From Egibacteraceae bacterium (GTDB taxonomy: Bacteria; Actinomycetota; Nitriliruptoria; Euzebyales; Egibacteraceae), in NCBI GenBank assembly GCA_035513815.1, contig DATKBU010000104.1, positions 1 to 52,610 on the forward strand: 52,610 bases of DNA. The letters run 5' to 3'. The notes beneath the pieces are model-generated. The model worked only from the letters and a program-made list of their open reading frames with translations, ran no database searches and was not told the origin of the DNA. The translations under genes were made by a program, and so were the position numbers. This document shows positions 24,706-32,609 of this stretch, piece after piece. Position 1 is the first letter of the stretch; each line of letters starts with the position of its first letter.

Positions 24706-26074
24706 CAGATCGATGGAGGCAACCGGGGCGACGGTGGACCAAGTCGCCGAGCGTCTCGGGAGGTGGGCGGCCGGGCGCACGACGCGCCGCAGCTTCCTGG
24801 GCCGGCTGGGACGACTGGCAGTCCTCGTCGCGGGCGGCTCGACCATGGCGACACTGCTGGCCGAGTCCGCGTCTGCGCGGGTCTGCGGACAGTCCGGGGT
24901 CTCCCCGAAGTGCGACACGTTCGACTGCGACGCCACATGGGGCTGGTGCTGGTACGCCTCCGGATGCTGCGCCGGCGGGCTGCTGAAGAAGATCTGCGAT
25001 TGCTGCGCCCCGAACACGCCCAACCCGGTCGGCTACTGCCCCAGCGGCACTCGGGTGCTGTGCATCCTGGAAAGCTGCGGGGCCGATCCGCGGCTGCAGA
25101 CTCGCGAGATCGTGCGGACCGACAGCGACGATCCGATCGACATCGCGGTTCGCATCAGCCAGCACCGGTTCCCGGGCCGATCGCCGATCGCGGTGCTCGG
25201 CGACGCCGAATCCGCCTTCCACGCCGCGGTCGCGGCGTCGCTGGGCCGCGTATCGGGCGGTCCGGTGCTGCTCACGGGCCGCGGCGCGCTGTCAGGGCCG
25301 GTGGCGGAAGAGCTGCGCCGGCTACGGGTGGAGTTCGTCAAGGTGGCGGGCTCGCAGTTGAGCGAGCACATCGACGAACAGCTGGCCCAGATGCGCATTT
25401 CGGTCGAGCGAGTCGGCGAGAGCGCCGACGCTGGGGACTTCTCAGCTGAAGTCGCGGAATGGAGCAGGGCGATGACCGGCGCCAGGACGGCCATCGTGGT
25501 GCTGCCAGGGACCGCGGGCGCCGGTGCGCTTGCCAGCGCGGCGGCGTGCGCAAACGCGGCGGCCCGGCCCCTGCTGATCGGCGGCGGCGAGCGCGTGATG
25601 CAGGCGCTGTCGACACCGCGGCGGGTCACGCGCACCTGGGTGCTGGGGGACAGCGAGAGCGACGCCGCTGCCTTCTTCGGAGGCCGGCCGCTGATCGAGG
25701 GCAACGCGGCGGCCCTTGCGCGCCTGCTCGCCGACACCGCGCGGGCCATGGGCGCCCCCCGCGAGGCGGTGGGGCTCGCGCCGCTGAAGTCCGGCATGGT
25801 CGCGGCGGCCATGGCCGCGCTGCCGGCGCCGCTGCTGTACCACGCTCCCGGCTCGATGGATGGCGCATTCGACTGGCTGCTGCGCAATCGTGACGGCCTG
25901 ACGGCGGCCTATCAAGGCGGCGGACCCGATGCCTTCGACACGCAGGCGTACTACGAGCTTCAGTCGGTCATCAACGAGTACGAAGTCCATCTGCTGCGCG
26001 GGGTCGCCGGTCAGGGCTTGCCGGTGATCCCCCAGCCGCATTCTGAGCGCCCAATCGGCAGAGCGAGGCGCTGA
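24698..26074 (+). CDS. Tat-exported MauA-leader-like, 12-Cys/Trp-rich module fused to three divergent CWB2-like repeats
   Basis: GAAGGAAG SD, then an ATG at 24698 overlapping the mauD-like stop by 8 nt. Leader VDQVAERLGRWAAGRTTRRSFLGRLG resembles the long Tat leader of methylamine dehydrogenase light chains. Residues 61-128 carry 12 Cys (ICDCC...CPSGT). The rest resembles CWB2 repeats. Confidence 0.65.
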   Translation: MADRSMEATGATVDQVAERLGRWAAGRTTRRSFLGRLGRLAVLVAGGSTMATLLAESASARVCGQSGVSPKCDTFDCDATWGWCWYASGCCAGGLLKKICDCCAPNTPNPVGYCPSGTRVLCILESCGADPRLQTREIVRTDSDDPIDIAVRISQHRFPGRSPIAVLGDAESAFHAAVAASLGRVSGGPVLLTGRGALSGPVAEELRRLRVEFVKVAGSQLSEHIDEQLAQMRISVERVGESADAGDFSAEVAEWSRAMTGARTAIVVLPGTAGAGALASAAACANAAARPLLIGGGERVMQALSTPRRVTRTWVLGDSESDAAAFFGGRPLIEGNAAALARLLADTARAMGAPREAVGLAPLKSGMVAAAMAALPAPLLYHAPGSMDGAFDWLLRNRDGLTAAYQGGGPDAFDTQAYYELQSVINEYEVHLLRGVAGQGLPVIPQPHSERPIGRARR

Positions 26075-26161
26075 GCCATGCTTGCGCTGGGGCTGACCGC
26101 CGCGGCGCTGGCCGCCGTTCGAACGCTGTGGTCGCCCTGAGGCCTGTCGATCACGGAGACC

Positions 26162-26719
26162 GTGACGCCTCCCGTGCGGGGGCGGGACAAGCTGATCGTG
26201 GCGGGCCTCATGCTCGCCGCCGCTGCGACGGCCGCGGGGCTGGCTGGATTCGCCGCTGGCGCGGCCTGGGAGATCGCCGGCCTGCCGCCGCTCGGCGCGC
26301 CCGGGTCTGCGGCCGTCGTCCTGATGGCGCTCGCCGCCGACGCCGCCTACAGCAGGCTCTCCAGACCGCGGCCTTGGTCTGTGGGGCGGCAGGTGCCCAG
26401 GGAATGGTCCAGGCTGTTCTCGGCTCGGACCGTCGCGGTCCTGTATGGCGCCAGGCTCGGGGTCGGCCCGCTGACGATCCTTCCGACCTGGCTGTGGTGG
26501 GCGGCCACGGCAGTCGGGGCTTCCGCCGGAGTGTGGCACTCGGTCGCGGTCGCGGTCGCGTTCGCGGCTGTCCGGGTGCTGGTGATGGTCGGCCTGGCGC
26601 AGCACATCGCGTCAGCAGCCGCACCTCGAATGGCGCGCATCATGGCCTCCGAGCCCCGCGCTCGCGCCAGTTGCGCCGCCGTCGGGACGCTGGTGTGCGC
26701 GGTCATGCTGATCTGGTGA
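26162..26719 (+). CDS. Hypothetical integral membrane protein
   Basis: 185 aa with a GTG start and four predicted TM helices. The upstream in-frame 20-codon ORF (26078-26140) ends at a TGA; see findings. Confidence 0.5.
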   Translation: MTPPVRGRDKLIVAGLMLAAAATAAGLAGFAAGAAWEIAGLPPLGAPGSAAVVLMALAADAAYSRLSRPRPWSVGRQVPREWSRLFSARTVAVLYGARLGVGPLTILPTWLWWAATAVGASAGVWHSVAVAVAFAAVRVLVMVGLAQHIASAAAPRMARIMASEPRARASCAAVGTLVCAVMLIW

Positions 26720-26729
26720 TCATGGCCGG

Positions 26730-27623
26730 ATGAGCGCTGCAGACGCCGAAGCCGCGGCGGACGCTCTCGTGGCCCGCGTCCAGGCGCGCCCGGGCGCCGT
26801 GCTCGTGCTCGGCGGCATCGACAGCGGCAAGACGACGCTGGCGACCCGCCTGCTCGGAGCGCTCGTCGACGCCGGTCTCGTGCCGGCCTACATCGATACC
26901 GACGTGGGCCAATCGACTACGGGGCCGCCGGCCACGGTCGGCTGGCGCCGTGTGGTCAGCCGCGCCGACCTGACGGACCTCTTCGAGGCCGACGGGCTGT
27001 ACTTCGTCGGCGACGTCACTCCTGCGACGCGCCTGCTGGCGACGCTGACCGGCGCCGCGCGGGCGCTGGAGGCATCGCGCGCGGTGTCCGGCGCGGCGGT
27101 GATCGATACGTCCGGCTTCGTGTCGGGAGTCACCGCCCAGACGCTGAAGTTTCACAAGATCGAGATCCTGCGACCGGATCACGTGGTGGCCCTTCAGCGC
27201 GGCGAGGAGCTCGAGCCGCTGCTCGCGGCGGTGCGCCGCTTCGGCTCGATTGAGACCACTCGCGTCCAGATCCATCCCGGGGTCGTGTCGAAAACCGCTG
27301 AGCAGCGCGCTGAGCGACGCTCCCGGCTGCTGCGGCGCTACTTCGCGCCGCCGCTGACCCGCTACCGGGTGCGCGCCGCCGCGTTCATGCCGACCCTGCC
27401 GCCGACACTTGACGCCTCCCGGCTTCACGGGCTGCTTGCGGGACTGGACGACGAGCAGGGGAACTGCATCGGCATCGGCGTTGTCGAGCATCGCGAGGCA
27501 GGGCTGCGCCTTGCCGCACGGACAGGCGTGATCCCCAGCGCGCTGCGCCTCGGCGCCGTCGCAGTCGATGATGACTGGACAACTCGAAGCATCGACCTTC
27601 GCTCGCTGCTCGGCAGCGGATAG
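26730..27623 (+). CDS. Clp1/Grc3-family P-loop protein (putative polynucleotide 5'-hydroxyl kinase)
   Basis: VLVLGGIDSGKTTLATRLL (Walker A), YIDTDVGQSTTGPPATVGW, YFVGDVTP, VIDTSGFVSG, and the C-terminal RAERRSRLLRRYF follow the Clp1 P-loop domain pattern. Confidence 0.68.
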   Translation: MSAADAEAAADALVARVQARPGAVLVLGGIDSGKTTLATRLLGALVDAGLVPAYIDTDVGQSTTGPPATVGWRRVVSRADLTDLFEADGLYFVGDVTPATRLLATLTGAARALEASRAVSGAAVIDTSGFVSGVTAQTLKFHKIEILRPDHVVALQRGEELEPLLAAVRRFGSIETTRVQIHPGVVSKTAEQRAERRSRLLRRYFAPPLTRYRVRAAAFMPTLPPTLDASRLHGLLAGLDDEQGNCIGIGVVEHREAGLRLAARTGVIPSALRLGAVAVDDDWTTRSIDLRSLLGSG

Positions 27624-27631
27624 GCGCGCCG

Positions 27632-28447
27632 TTGCGACCGATCATGTTTCTCTCCGACTTCGGGCTGGCGGATCCCTTTGTCGGCCTGTGCCACAGCGTG
27701 ATCGAGCGGATTGCGCCAGGCGCCAAGGTGATCGATCTGACGCACGGCATCGCGCCGCAGGCAATCCGTCACGGTGCCGCGACGCTGGCCGATTGCGTGG
27801 GGTGGCTGCCCCCCGGGGTGTGCCTCGCGGTTGTTGACCCCGGCGTCGGGACGGCCAGACGGGGGCTGATCGTGGTCGCCGGCGACCAGCTGCTGGTGGG
27901 GCCCGACAACGGACTGCTGTGGCCGGCGGCGCAGGTCCTCGGCGGTGTGAGCGGCGCGTGGGAGCTGCGAGCCGATCCGGCGGCGTCACCCACCTTCCAT
28001 GGGCGCGACGTCTTCGCGCCGGCCAGCGCGCGACTGGCTGCCGGCGGCGATCCGGAATCGCTGGGGATCGCGATGTCGACGGACGACCTGACCGAGCTGG
28101 CGCTGCCCGCGGCCAGGGTCTCGGCGGGCTTCATCGAGGCCGAAGTGCTCGCCGTGGATCGCTTCGGCAATCTGCAGCTGTGCGCGACGGGCGCGGATCT
28201 CAAGGCAGCCGGCTTCGCTCAGGGCCAGCAGATCCTCGTCACGGCCGGCGGCGGCGAGCATGTCGCCTCGGTGGTCGCGACGTTCGCCGGAGCCCCGCCG
28301 GCAAGCATCGTCGTGCTCGAGGATTCGCTGGGCCGAGCGGCCGTCGCCGTGAACGCCGGGGATGCGTCGAAGCGTCTGGGCGCCGCCCGGGAAGCGCCGG
28401 TGATCCTGCGGGCTACTGCTTCGCAGTCGGGAGCCGAACCGGGGTGA
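27632..28447 (+). CDS. S-adenosyl-L-methionine hydroxide adenosyltransferase family protein (DUF62)
   Basis: FLSDFGLADPFVGLCHSV, VVDPGVGTARR, GPDNGLL, FHGRDVFAPA. The start is either the TTG at 27632 or the ATG at 27644. Confidence 0.85.
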   Translation: MRPIMFLSDFGLADPFVGLCHSVIERIAPGAKVIDLTHGIAPQAIRHGAATLADCVGWLPPGVCLAVVDPGVGTARRGLIVVAGDQLLVGPDNGLLWPAAQVLGGVSGAWELRADPAASPTFHGRDVFAPASARLAAGGDPESLGIAMSTDDLTELALPAARVSAGFIEAEVLAVDRFGNLQLCATGADLKAAGFAQGQQILVTAGGGEHVASVVATFAGAPPASIVVLEDSLGRAAVAVNAGDASKRLGAAREAPVILRATASQSGAEPG

Positions 28448-28461
28448 CCGGCGCGCTCAGA

Positions 28462-28548
28462 TCAGCGAGCGCTCACCAGCTGGACGACCGTGGCCGCGAC
28501 GATGAGCACCAGCAGCACCGCGATCGCCACGGTCGTCGCTCGTCTCAT
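28462..28548 (-). CDS. Possible 28-aa single-TM micro-protein
   Basis: MRRATTVAIAVLLVLIVAATVVQLVSAR, immediately downstream of the pfpI-like gene on the same strand. Too short for the ORF track, with no strong SD. Speculative. Confidence 0.25.
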   Translation of the reverse strand: MRRATTVAIAVLLVLIVAATVVQLVSAR

Positions 28549-28569
28549 GGCGCAAGACTAGCCGGGGGA

Positions 28570-29115
28570 TCAACTCTGCGGCGCGGACTCGTCGGTGCGC
28601 AGCGCCGCGATGATGGCCTTCATCCACGGGCCGAGGTCGGCGGGGGTGCGGGCAGAGATCAGCTCGCTGTCGACCACCACCGGCTCGTCGACCCAGTCGG
28701 CGCCGGCGTTGACCATGTCGTCGCGGATCGCGTCGACGCTCGTGGCTCGCCGGCCCTTGATGATCCCAGCGGAGATCGGCACCCATCCGGCGTGGCAGAT
28801 GAACGCCACCGGCTTCGAAGCGGCGCTGAAGTCGCGGACGAGCTGCAGCACCTGCTGGCTGCGGCGAAGCGCATCCGGCGCGAAGCCGCCGGGGATCACG
28901 AGGGCGTCGAAGGCGTCGGCTCTCATCTGGTCGATCGCGGCATCCACCGCCAGCGGCCCATGGCCCTTCTTACCGGTCACGGGCTGGCCGTCGAGGCTCG
29001 CGACGGTCACCTCGACGCCCTCCTCCGCCAGCCGGTGGAAGGGGTAGATCAGCTCGGAGTCCTCGAACAGGTTCGCTGCGAGGATCAGAACCTTGCGATG
29101 CGCATGGTCGGTCAT
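28570..29115 (-). CDS. DJ-1/PfpI-family protein (type 1 glutamine amidotransferase-like)
   Basis: KVLILAANLFEDSELIYP, ALVIPGG, and the nucleophile elbow AFICHAGW. Confidence 0.85.
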   Translation of the reverse strand: MTDHAHRKVLILAANLFEDSELIYPFHRLAEEGVEVTVASLDGQPVTGKKGHGPLAVDAAIDQMRADAFDALVIPGGFAPDALRRSQQVLQLVRDFSAASKPVAFICHAGWVPISAGIIKGRRATSVDAIRDDMVNAGADWVDEPVVVDSELISARTPADLGPWMKAIIAALRTDESAPQS

Positions 29116-29939
29116 TGGGGGGCAACCTCTGTCTCGTCGGCGATCAGCAGCATTCTCTGAGCTCTCCGGCGCTGGGCGCTGAGGAACCCTACGAGCGCGG
29201 TTCGGTCATTCAGATAGCGTCGGCAGTCGAGCTCCAAGGTGACCGTGCCGTCATATCCAGATGCGGCCACCCGGGCGCAGAACGCCTCCAGCGGAAGCGT
29301 CCCCGCTCCGATGGGCGCGTGACTGTCCCGGCCGCCGCCGAGGTTATCTGACAGATGGATGTGCGCGACGCGCTCGCCCAGCGCATCCCAGGCGCTGAGC
29401 AGGTCGATCCCGGCCACGCCGAAATGGCTGGTGTCGAAGACCACATGCGGAAACGCGGCGAGCTGCGCAGCGGTGATCACCGACGACAGCGCCAGCCCGC
29501 CGACCGGGAATAGGTTCTCCACCCCCAGGCGAGGGCCATAGGCGGCGGCCTCACCAGCGGCCTCGCGCGCCAGCCAGCCGCGGTGACCGCGTTCCCACCG
29601 CATCGGGGCGTGCGCCACGAGCAGCTGTGCGCCGATCGCTGCGGCCAGCTCAAGGGAGCGCCGCGACTTCTCAACGTAGTGGGCGCCGAGGACGCCGCGC
29701 AGCAGCACCATGTATGGCCCGTGCACCACGGGGACATCCAGGCCCGTCTCGCTCGCCAGGGCCAGCAGACGGTCGGGATCGCGGGACTCCGGCGCGCGCG
29801 TCACGAGCACTTCCGCACCCTGGAACCCGGCATCGGCGATCGTCTCCAGCGCGCTGCCCAGAGGCCCGAACGACAGCGGCCCCGTGGAGGCCAGCAGCCG
29901 AGGGCGTGTCGCCGTGTCCTGGCTGTTGTCGGCCCGCAT
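29112..29939 (-). CDS. Sugar phosphate isomerase/epimerase (xylose isomerase-like TIM barrel)
   Basis: Start MRADNSQD at 29939. GFQGAEV, VAHAP, GVENL, HIHLSDN and TLELD are the pattern of AP-endonuclease-2/TIM family proteins. ATGA-type overlap with the downstream pfpI-like gene. Confidence 0.72.
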   Translation of the reverse strand: MRADNSQDTATRPRLLASTGPLSFGPLGSALETIADAGFQGAEVLVTRAPESRDPDRLLALASETGLDVPVVHGPYMVLLRGVLGAHYVEKSRRSLELAAAIGAQLLVAHAPMRWERGHRGWLAREAAGEAAAYGPRLGVENLFPVGGLALSSVITAAQLAAFPHVVFDTSHFGVAGIDLLSAWDALGERVAHIHLSDNLGGGRDSHAPIGAGTLPLEAFCARVAASGYDGTVTLELDCRRYLNDRTALVGFLSAQRRRAQRMLLIADETEVAPQ

Positions 29940-30187
29940 GCACCCCACGCTACCCACCTCGCCTCGACCGGCGCTCGCCCGAATCCCGCGATCGCGCGCC
30001 AGAGCCGGCAAGGGCGCGCCCGCTCCGTGCTTCGCGCGCTGGCGCAGGCTGCTGTCGGATGTGCACGAGCTCGGTGTCTCGCGCTGTTCCAGGCGGCGGC
30101 GTCGCCGTGCGGAGCGGCGACCCGGTCGGCTACGCTCGCCCACGGGTCGGGTGAGGCACGTCGGAGCAGGATCGGGAGGACATTCGG

Positions 30188-30862
30188 GTGCTGGCGGTCG
30201 CGCTGTCCGTCGCTGCGTCCGCGGTGGCCGGCGTTTTCGCGTTCCAGCTCGCGCGCCAGTACCGCGATCGTCGGCGGTCTCACGCGCTTGCCTGGGCGCT
30301 GTCGCTGGCGCTGTTCGCGCTCGCCTCGGCTGCCGCCGCGATGGGGATGGGCGTGGGCTGGTCGCCTGCGGTCTTCTGGGTGTACTGGCTGGCCGGGGCG
30401 CTGCTCACGGTGCCGTTGCTCGCCGTCGGCCAGATGCTGCTGATGGATCCGGACCGGGCGGTCGTGTACTGGACGCTCGGCGGGCTCGCGGTGGTCTGGG
30501 CGCTGTCGGCCGCAGTGCTGTCGACCCTCGATGTCGCCGTCCTCGAGGCGGCCGGCGAGGCGAGGTCAATCCCGCTCGGCGAGCAGGCCCTCGGCGGGCA
30601 GCTGGCGTACGGGCTTCTCCGCTGGACCAACTACACCGCGGTCATCGTCATCGTCGGCACGGTCTGGTCCGCGATCACCTCACGGCGACCCACGATCCTG
30701 CTGATCGCTCTCGGCGTCGTGGCCGCGGGCGCCTCGTTCGCGTTTATCCGCTCAGGCCAGCCGTCGCTGTTCTCCGCCACGCTGGCCGCCGGAGTAGGGC
30801 TGATGTACGTGGGATTCCGGGCAGCATCGAAGCCGTCGAACGCGCGCGGCGCTGAGGGCTGA
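30188..30862 (+). CDS. Hypothetical integral membrane protein
   Basis: 224 aa, GTG start, about 6 hydrophobic helices. I recognise no family. Confidence 0.5.
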   Translation: MLAVALSVAASAVAGVFAFQLARQYRDRRRSHALAWALSLALFALASAAAAMGMGVGWSPAVFWVYWLAGALLTVPLLAVGQMLLMDPDRAVVYWTLGGLAVVWALSAAVLSTLDVAVLEAAGEARSIPLGEQALGGQLAYGLLRWTNYTAVIVIVGTVWSAITSRRPTILLIALGVVAAGASFAFIRSGQPSLFSATLAAGVGLMYVGFRAASKPSNARGAEG

Positions 30863-30866
30863 GCCG

Positions 30867-31160
30867 GTGCGCCTGGGTCGGCGCCCAGATCGCCCCGTCG
30901 TCACCGTCTACACCCGTCAGCGCTGCGGCCTGTGTCGTGCGGCTGAGGCGGTGGTGGCGCGGGTCGCCCGCGGCCGAGCCCGCGTCGAGCTGGTCGATAT
31001 CGATGCTGATCGTGTCTTGACCGAGCGCTACACCATCCGCGTTCCCGTTGTCGCGGTCGACGGCGTGGAGATCGCCGAGCACCAACTCGAGCCCGACCAG
31101 CTCCGCGCCGCCATCCGCATCGCGGGCCGCGCTCGCCGGGCCGCGCGCCGCCGGCTTTGA
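30867..31160 (+). CDS. Glutaredoxin-like small protein (CGLC)
   Basis: VVTVYTRQRCGLCRAAEAVV...VPVVAVDG. It sits at the conserved position upstream of hemA, as in mycobacteria. Confidence 0.75.
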   Translation: MRLGRRPDRPVVTVYTRQRCGLCRAAEAVVARVARGRARVELVDIDADRVLTERYTIRVPVVAVDGVEIAEHQLEPDQLRAAIRIAGRARRAARRRL

Positions 31161-31230
31161 GCGCCGCCGTCGGTGCACGTACGATTGTGAAACGGCTCGC
31201 GCTCACGGGGCAGCCGGGCCTACGGCATCA

Positions 31231-31950
31231 ATGACGGCAGGAGCAGCGTTGTCCGCACGGCAGATCCCAGAGGCCAGCGTCGCCCGCCTCCCCGTCTACC
31301 TCCGGGCGCTGGTCGACAAGGCCGAGCGCGGCACACACACGATCTCCAGCGAGGCGCTGGCGGCCGCCGCTGGCGTCAACTCAGCCAAGATCCGCAAGGA
31401 CCTGTCCTACCTGGGCTCGTATGGCACCCGCGGGGTCGGCTACGACGTTGAGTACCTGATCCACCAGATCAGCCGCGAGCTTGGCCTCACGCAGGACTGG
31501 GCCGTGTGCATCGTGGGGGTCGGCAACCTGGGCCATGCGCTGGCCAACTACGGCGGCTTCGCGGAGCGCGGGTTCCGGATCGCGGCGCTGCTGGATGCCG
31601 ACGAGTCCAAGGTCGGCGAGCGCATCGGGCGCCTGGAGGTGTCCCACTTCGACGAAGTGGAGCGCGTCGTCAAGGAAGGCGAGATCTCGATCGCCGTCCT
31701 GGCGGTGCCCGGGCATGTCGCTCAGGAGGTCAGCGACCGGCTGGTCGCCGCTGGCATCACCTCGATACTCAACTTCGCCCCCGCGGTGATCCAGGTCCCC
31801 GCCGGGGTCAGCCTGCGAAAGGTCGATCTGTCGATCGAGCTGCAGATCCTGTCGTTCTACGAGCAGCGCAAGGTGGCCGAGGAGTCCGTCCGCCGAGGGA
31901 CAGCGCGCCGCCAGCTCGACGAGGTGTCAGCGCCGACCGAACCCAGGTGA
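31231..31950 (+). CDS. rex: Redox-sensing transcriptional repressor Rex
   Basis: IPEASVARLPVYLRAL, SSEALAAAAGVNSAKIRKDLSYLGSYGTRGVGYDV, and the Rossmann motif VGVGNLGHALANY. Rex heading a hem operon is known from Streptomyces. Confidence 0.9.
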   Translation: MTAGAALSARQIPEASVARLPVYLRALVDKAERGTHTISSEALAAAAGVNSAKIRKDLSYLGSYGTRGVGYDVEYLIHQISRELGLTQDWAVCIVGVGNLGHALANYGGFAERGFRIAALLDADESKVGERIGRLEVSHFDEVERVVKEGEISIAVLAVPGHVAQEVSDRLVAAGITSILNFAPAVIQVPAGVSLRKVDLSIELQILSFYEQRKVAEESVRRGTARRQLDEVSAPTEPR

Positions 31951-32609
31951 GGGCCGGGCCCAGCCCAGCGGCGCTGCCGCTGGCGATCGATCTGCGCGAT
32001 CTTCCCGTCGTCTGCGTCGGCGCTGGGCGCGTCGCCGCTGGAAAGGTCTCGGCGCTGCTGGCCGCGGGTGCGCGCGTGACGGTTGTGGCGCCGCAGGCCG
32101 ATGAGCGAGTCCAGGCGCTGTGCGGTTCACAGACGCTGCGCTGGCTGCCGCGCGGCTACCGCGATCAGGATCTCGACGGCGCCGTGCTGGTCATCGCCGC
32201 GACCGATGATCCGGCGACCAACGCCCGGGTCGCCGCCGACGCCGCGGCGCAGTCGACGCTGTGCGTGCGGGTCGACGGCGGGGGCACTGCCGAGTTCGCC
32301 GCCGTGCTGCGCCGCGGCCCGGTCACGGTGGCCGTATCCACGGGCGGAGCGGCGCCCGCGCTGGCTCGCCGGCTTCGCGACCAGCTTGCGTCGGCCGTGG
32401 GCGCTGAGTACGGCCTGCTCGCTGACCTCCTCGGCCAGCTCCGCGCCGACCCGAAGGTTCAGACCGCGCTCGCGGCGCTGCCGGCCGAGGCGAGAGCTGC
32501 GAAATGGCGCGCCATCCTTGACACCGATATCCTGAGTCTGCTTCGCGACGGCGAGCAAACCACGGCGAGAGAAGTGGCGACTGCGTGTCTGTTCTCGTCC
32601 TCGGACTGA
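31947..32609 (+). CDS. Precorrin-2 dehydrogenase / sirohydrochlorin ferrochelatase (CysG N-domain/SirC-like)
   Basis: GTGA overlap with rex. PVVCVGAGRVAAGKVSALLAAGARVTVVAP, ATDDPATN, VSTGGAAPALARRLR. Confidence 0.8.
   Translation: MRAGPSPAALPLAIDLRDLPVVCVGAGRVAAGKVSALLAAGARVTVVAPQADERVQALCGSQTLRWLPRGYRDQDLDGAVLVIAATDDPATNARVAADAAAQSTLCVRVDGGGTAEFAAVLRRGPVTVAVSTGGAAPALARRLRDQLASAVGAEYGLLADLLGQLRADPKVQTALAALPAEARAAKWRAILDTDILSLLRDGEQTTAREVATACLFSSSD

Noticed and set aside
26138-26170. Selenocysteine recoding of the in-frame TGA at 26138-26140.
   Set aside because: The downstream hairpin has only 6 bp and a 3-nt loop, far from a bacterial SECIS. No sel genes are visible here. It is kept only as a low-priority alternative in the findings.
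31184-31208. A Rex-operator-like half-site, ATTGTGAAACGGCTCGCGCTCACGG, about 25 nt upstream of the rex start.
   Set aside because: Only one half (TTGTGAA) matches the TTGTGAA-N4-TTCACAA consensus known from Streptomyces. The second half is degenerate (CTCACGG) and the spacing is wrong. This is too weak to call an operator.
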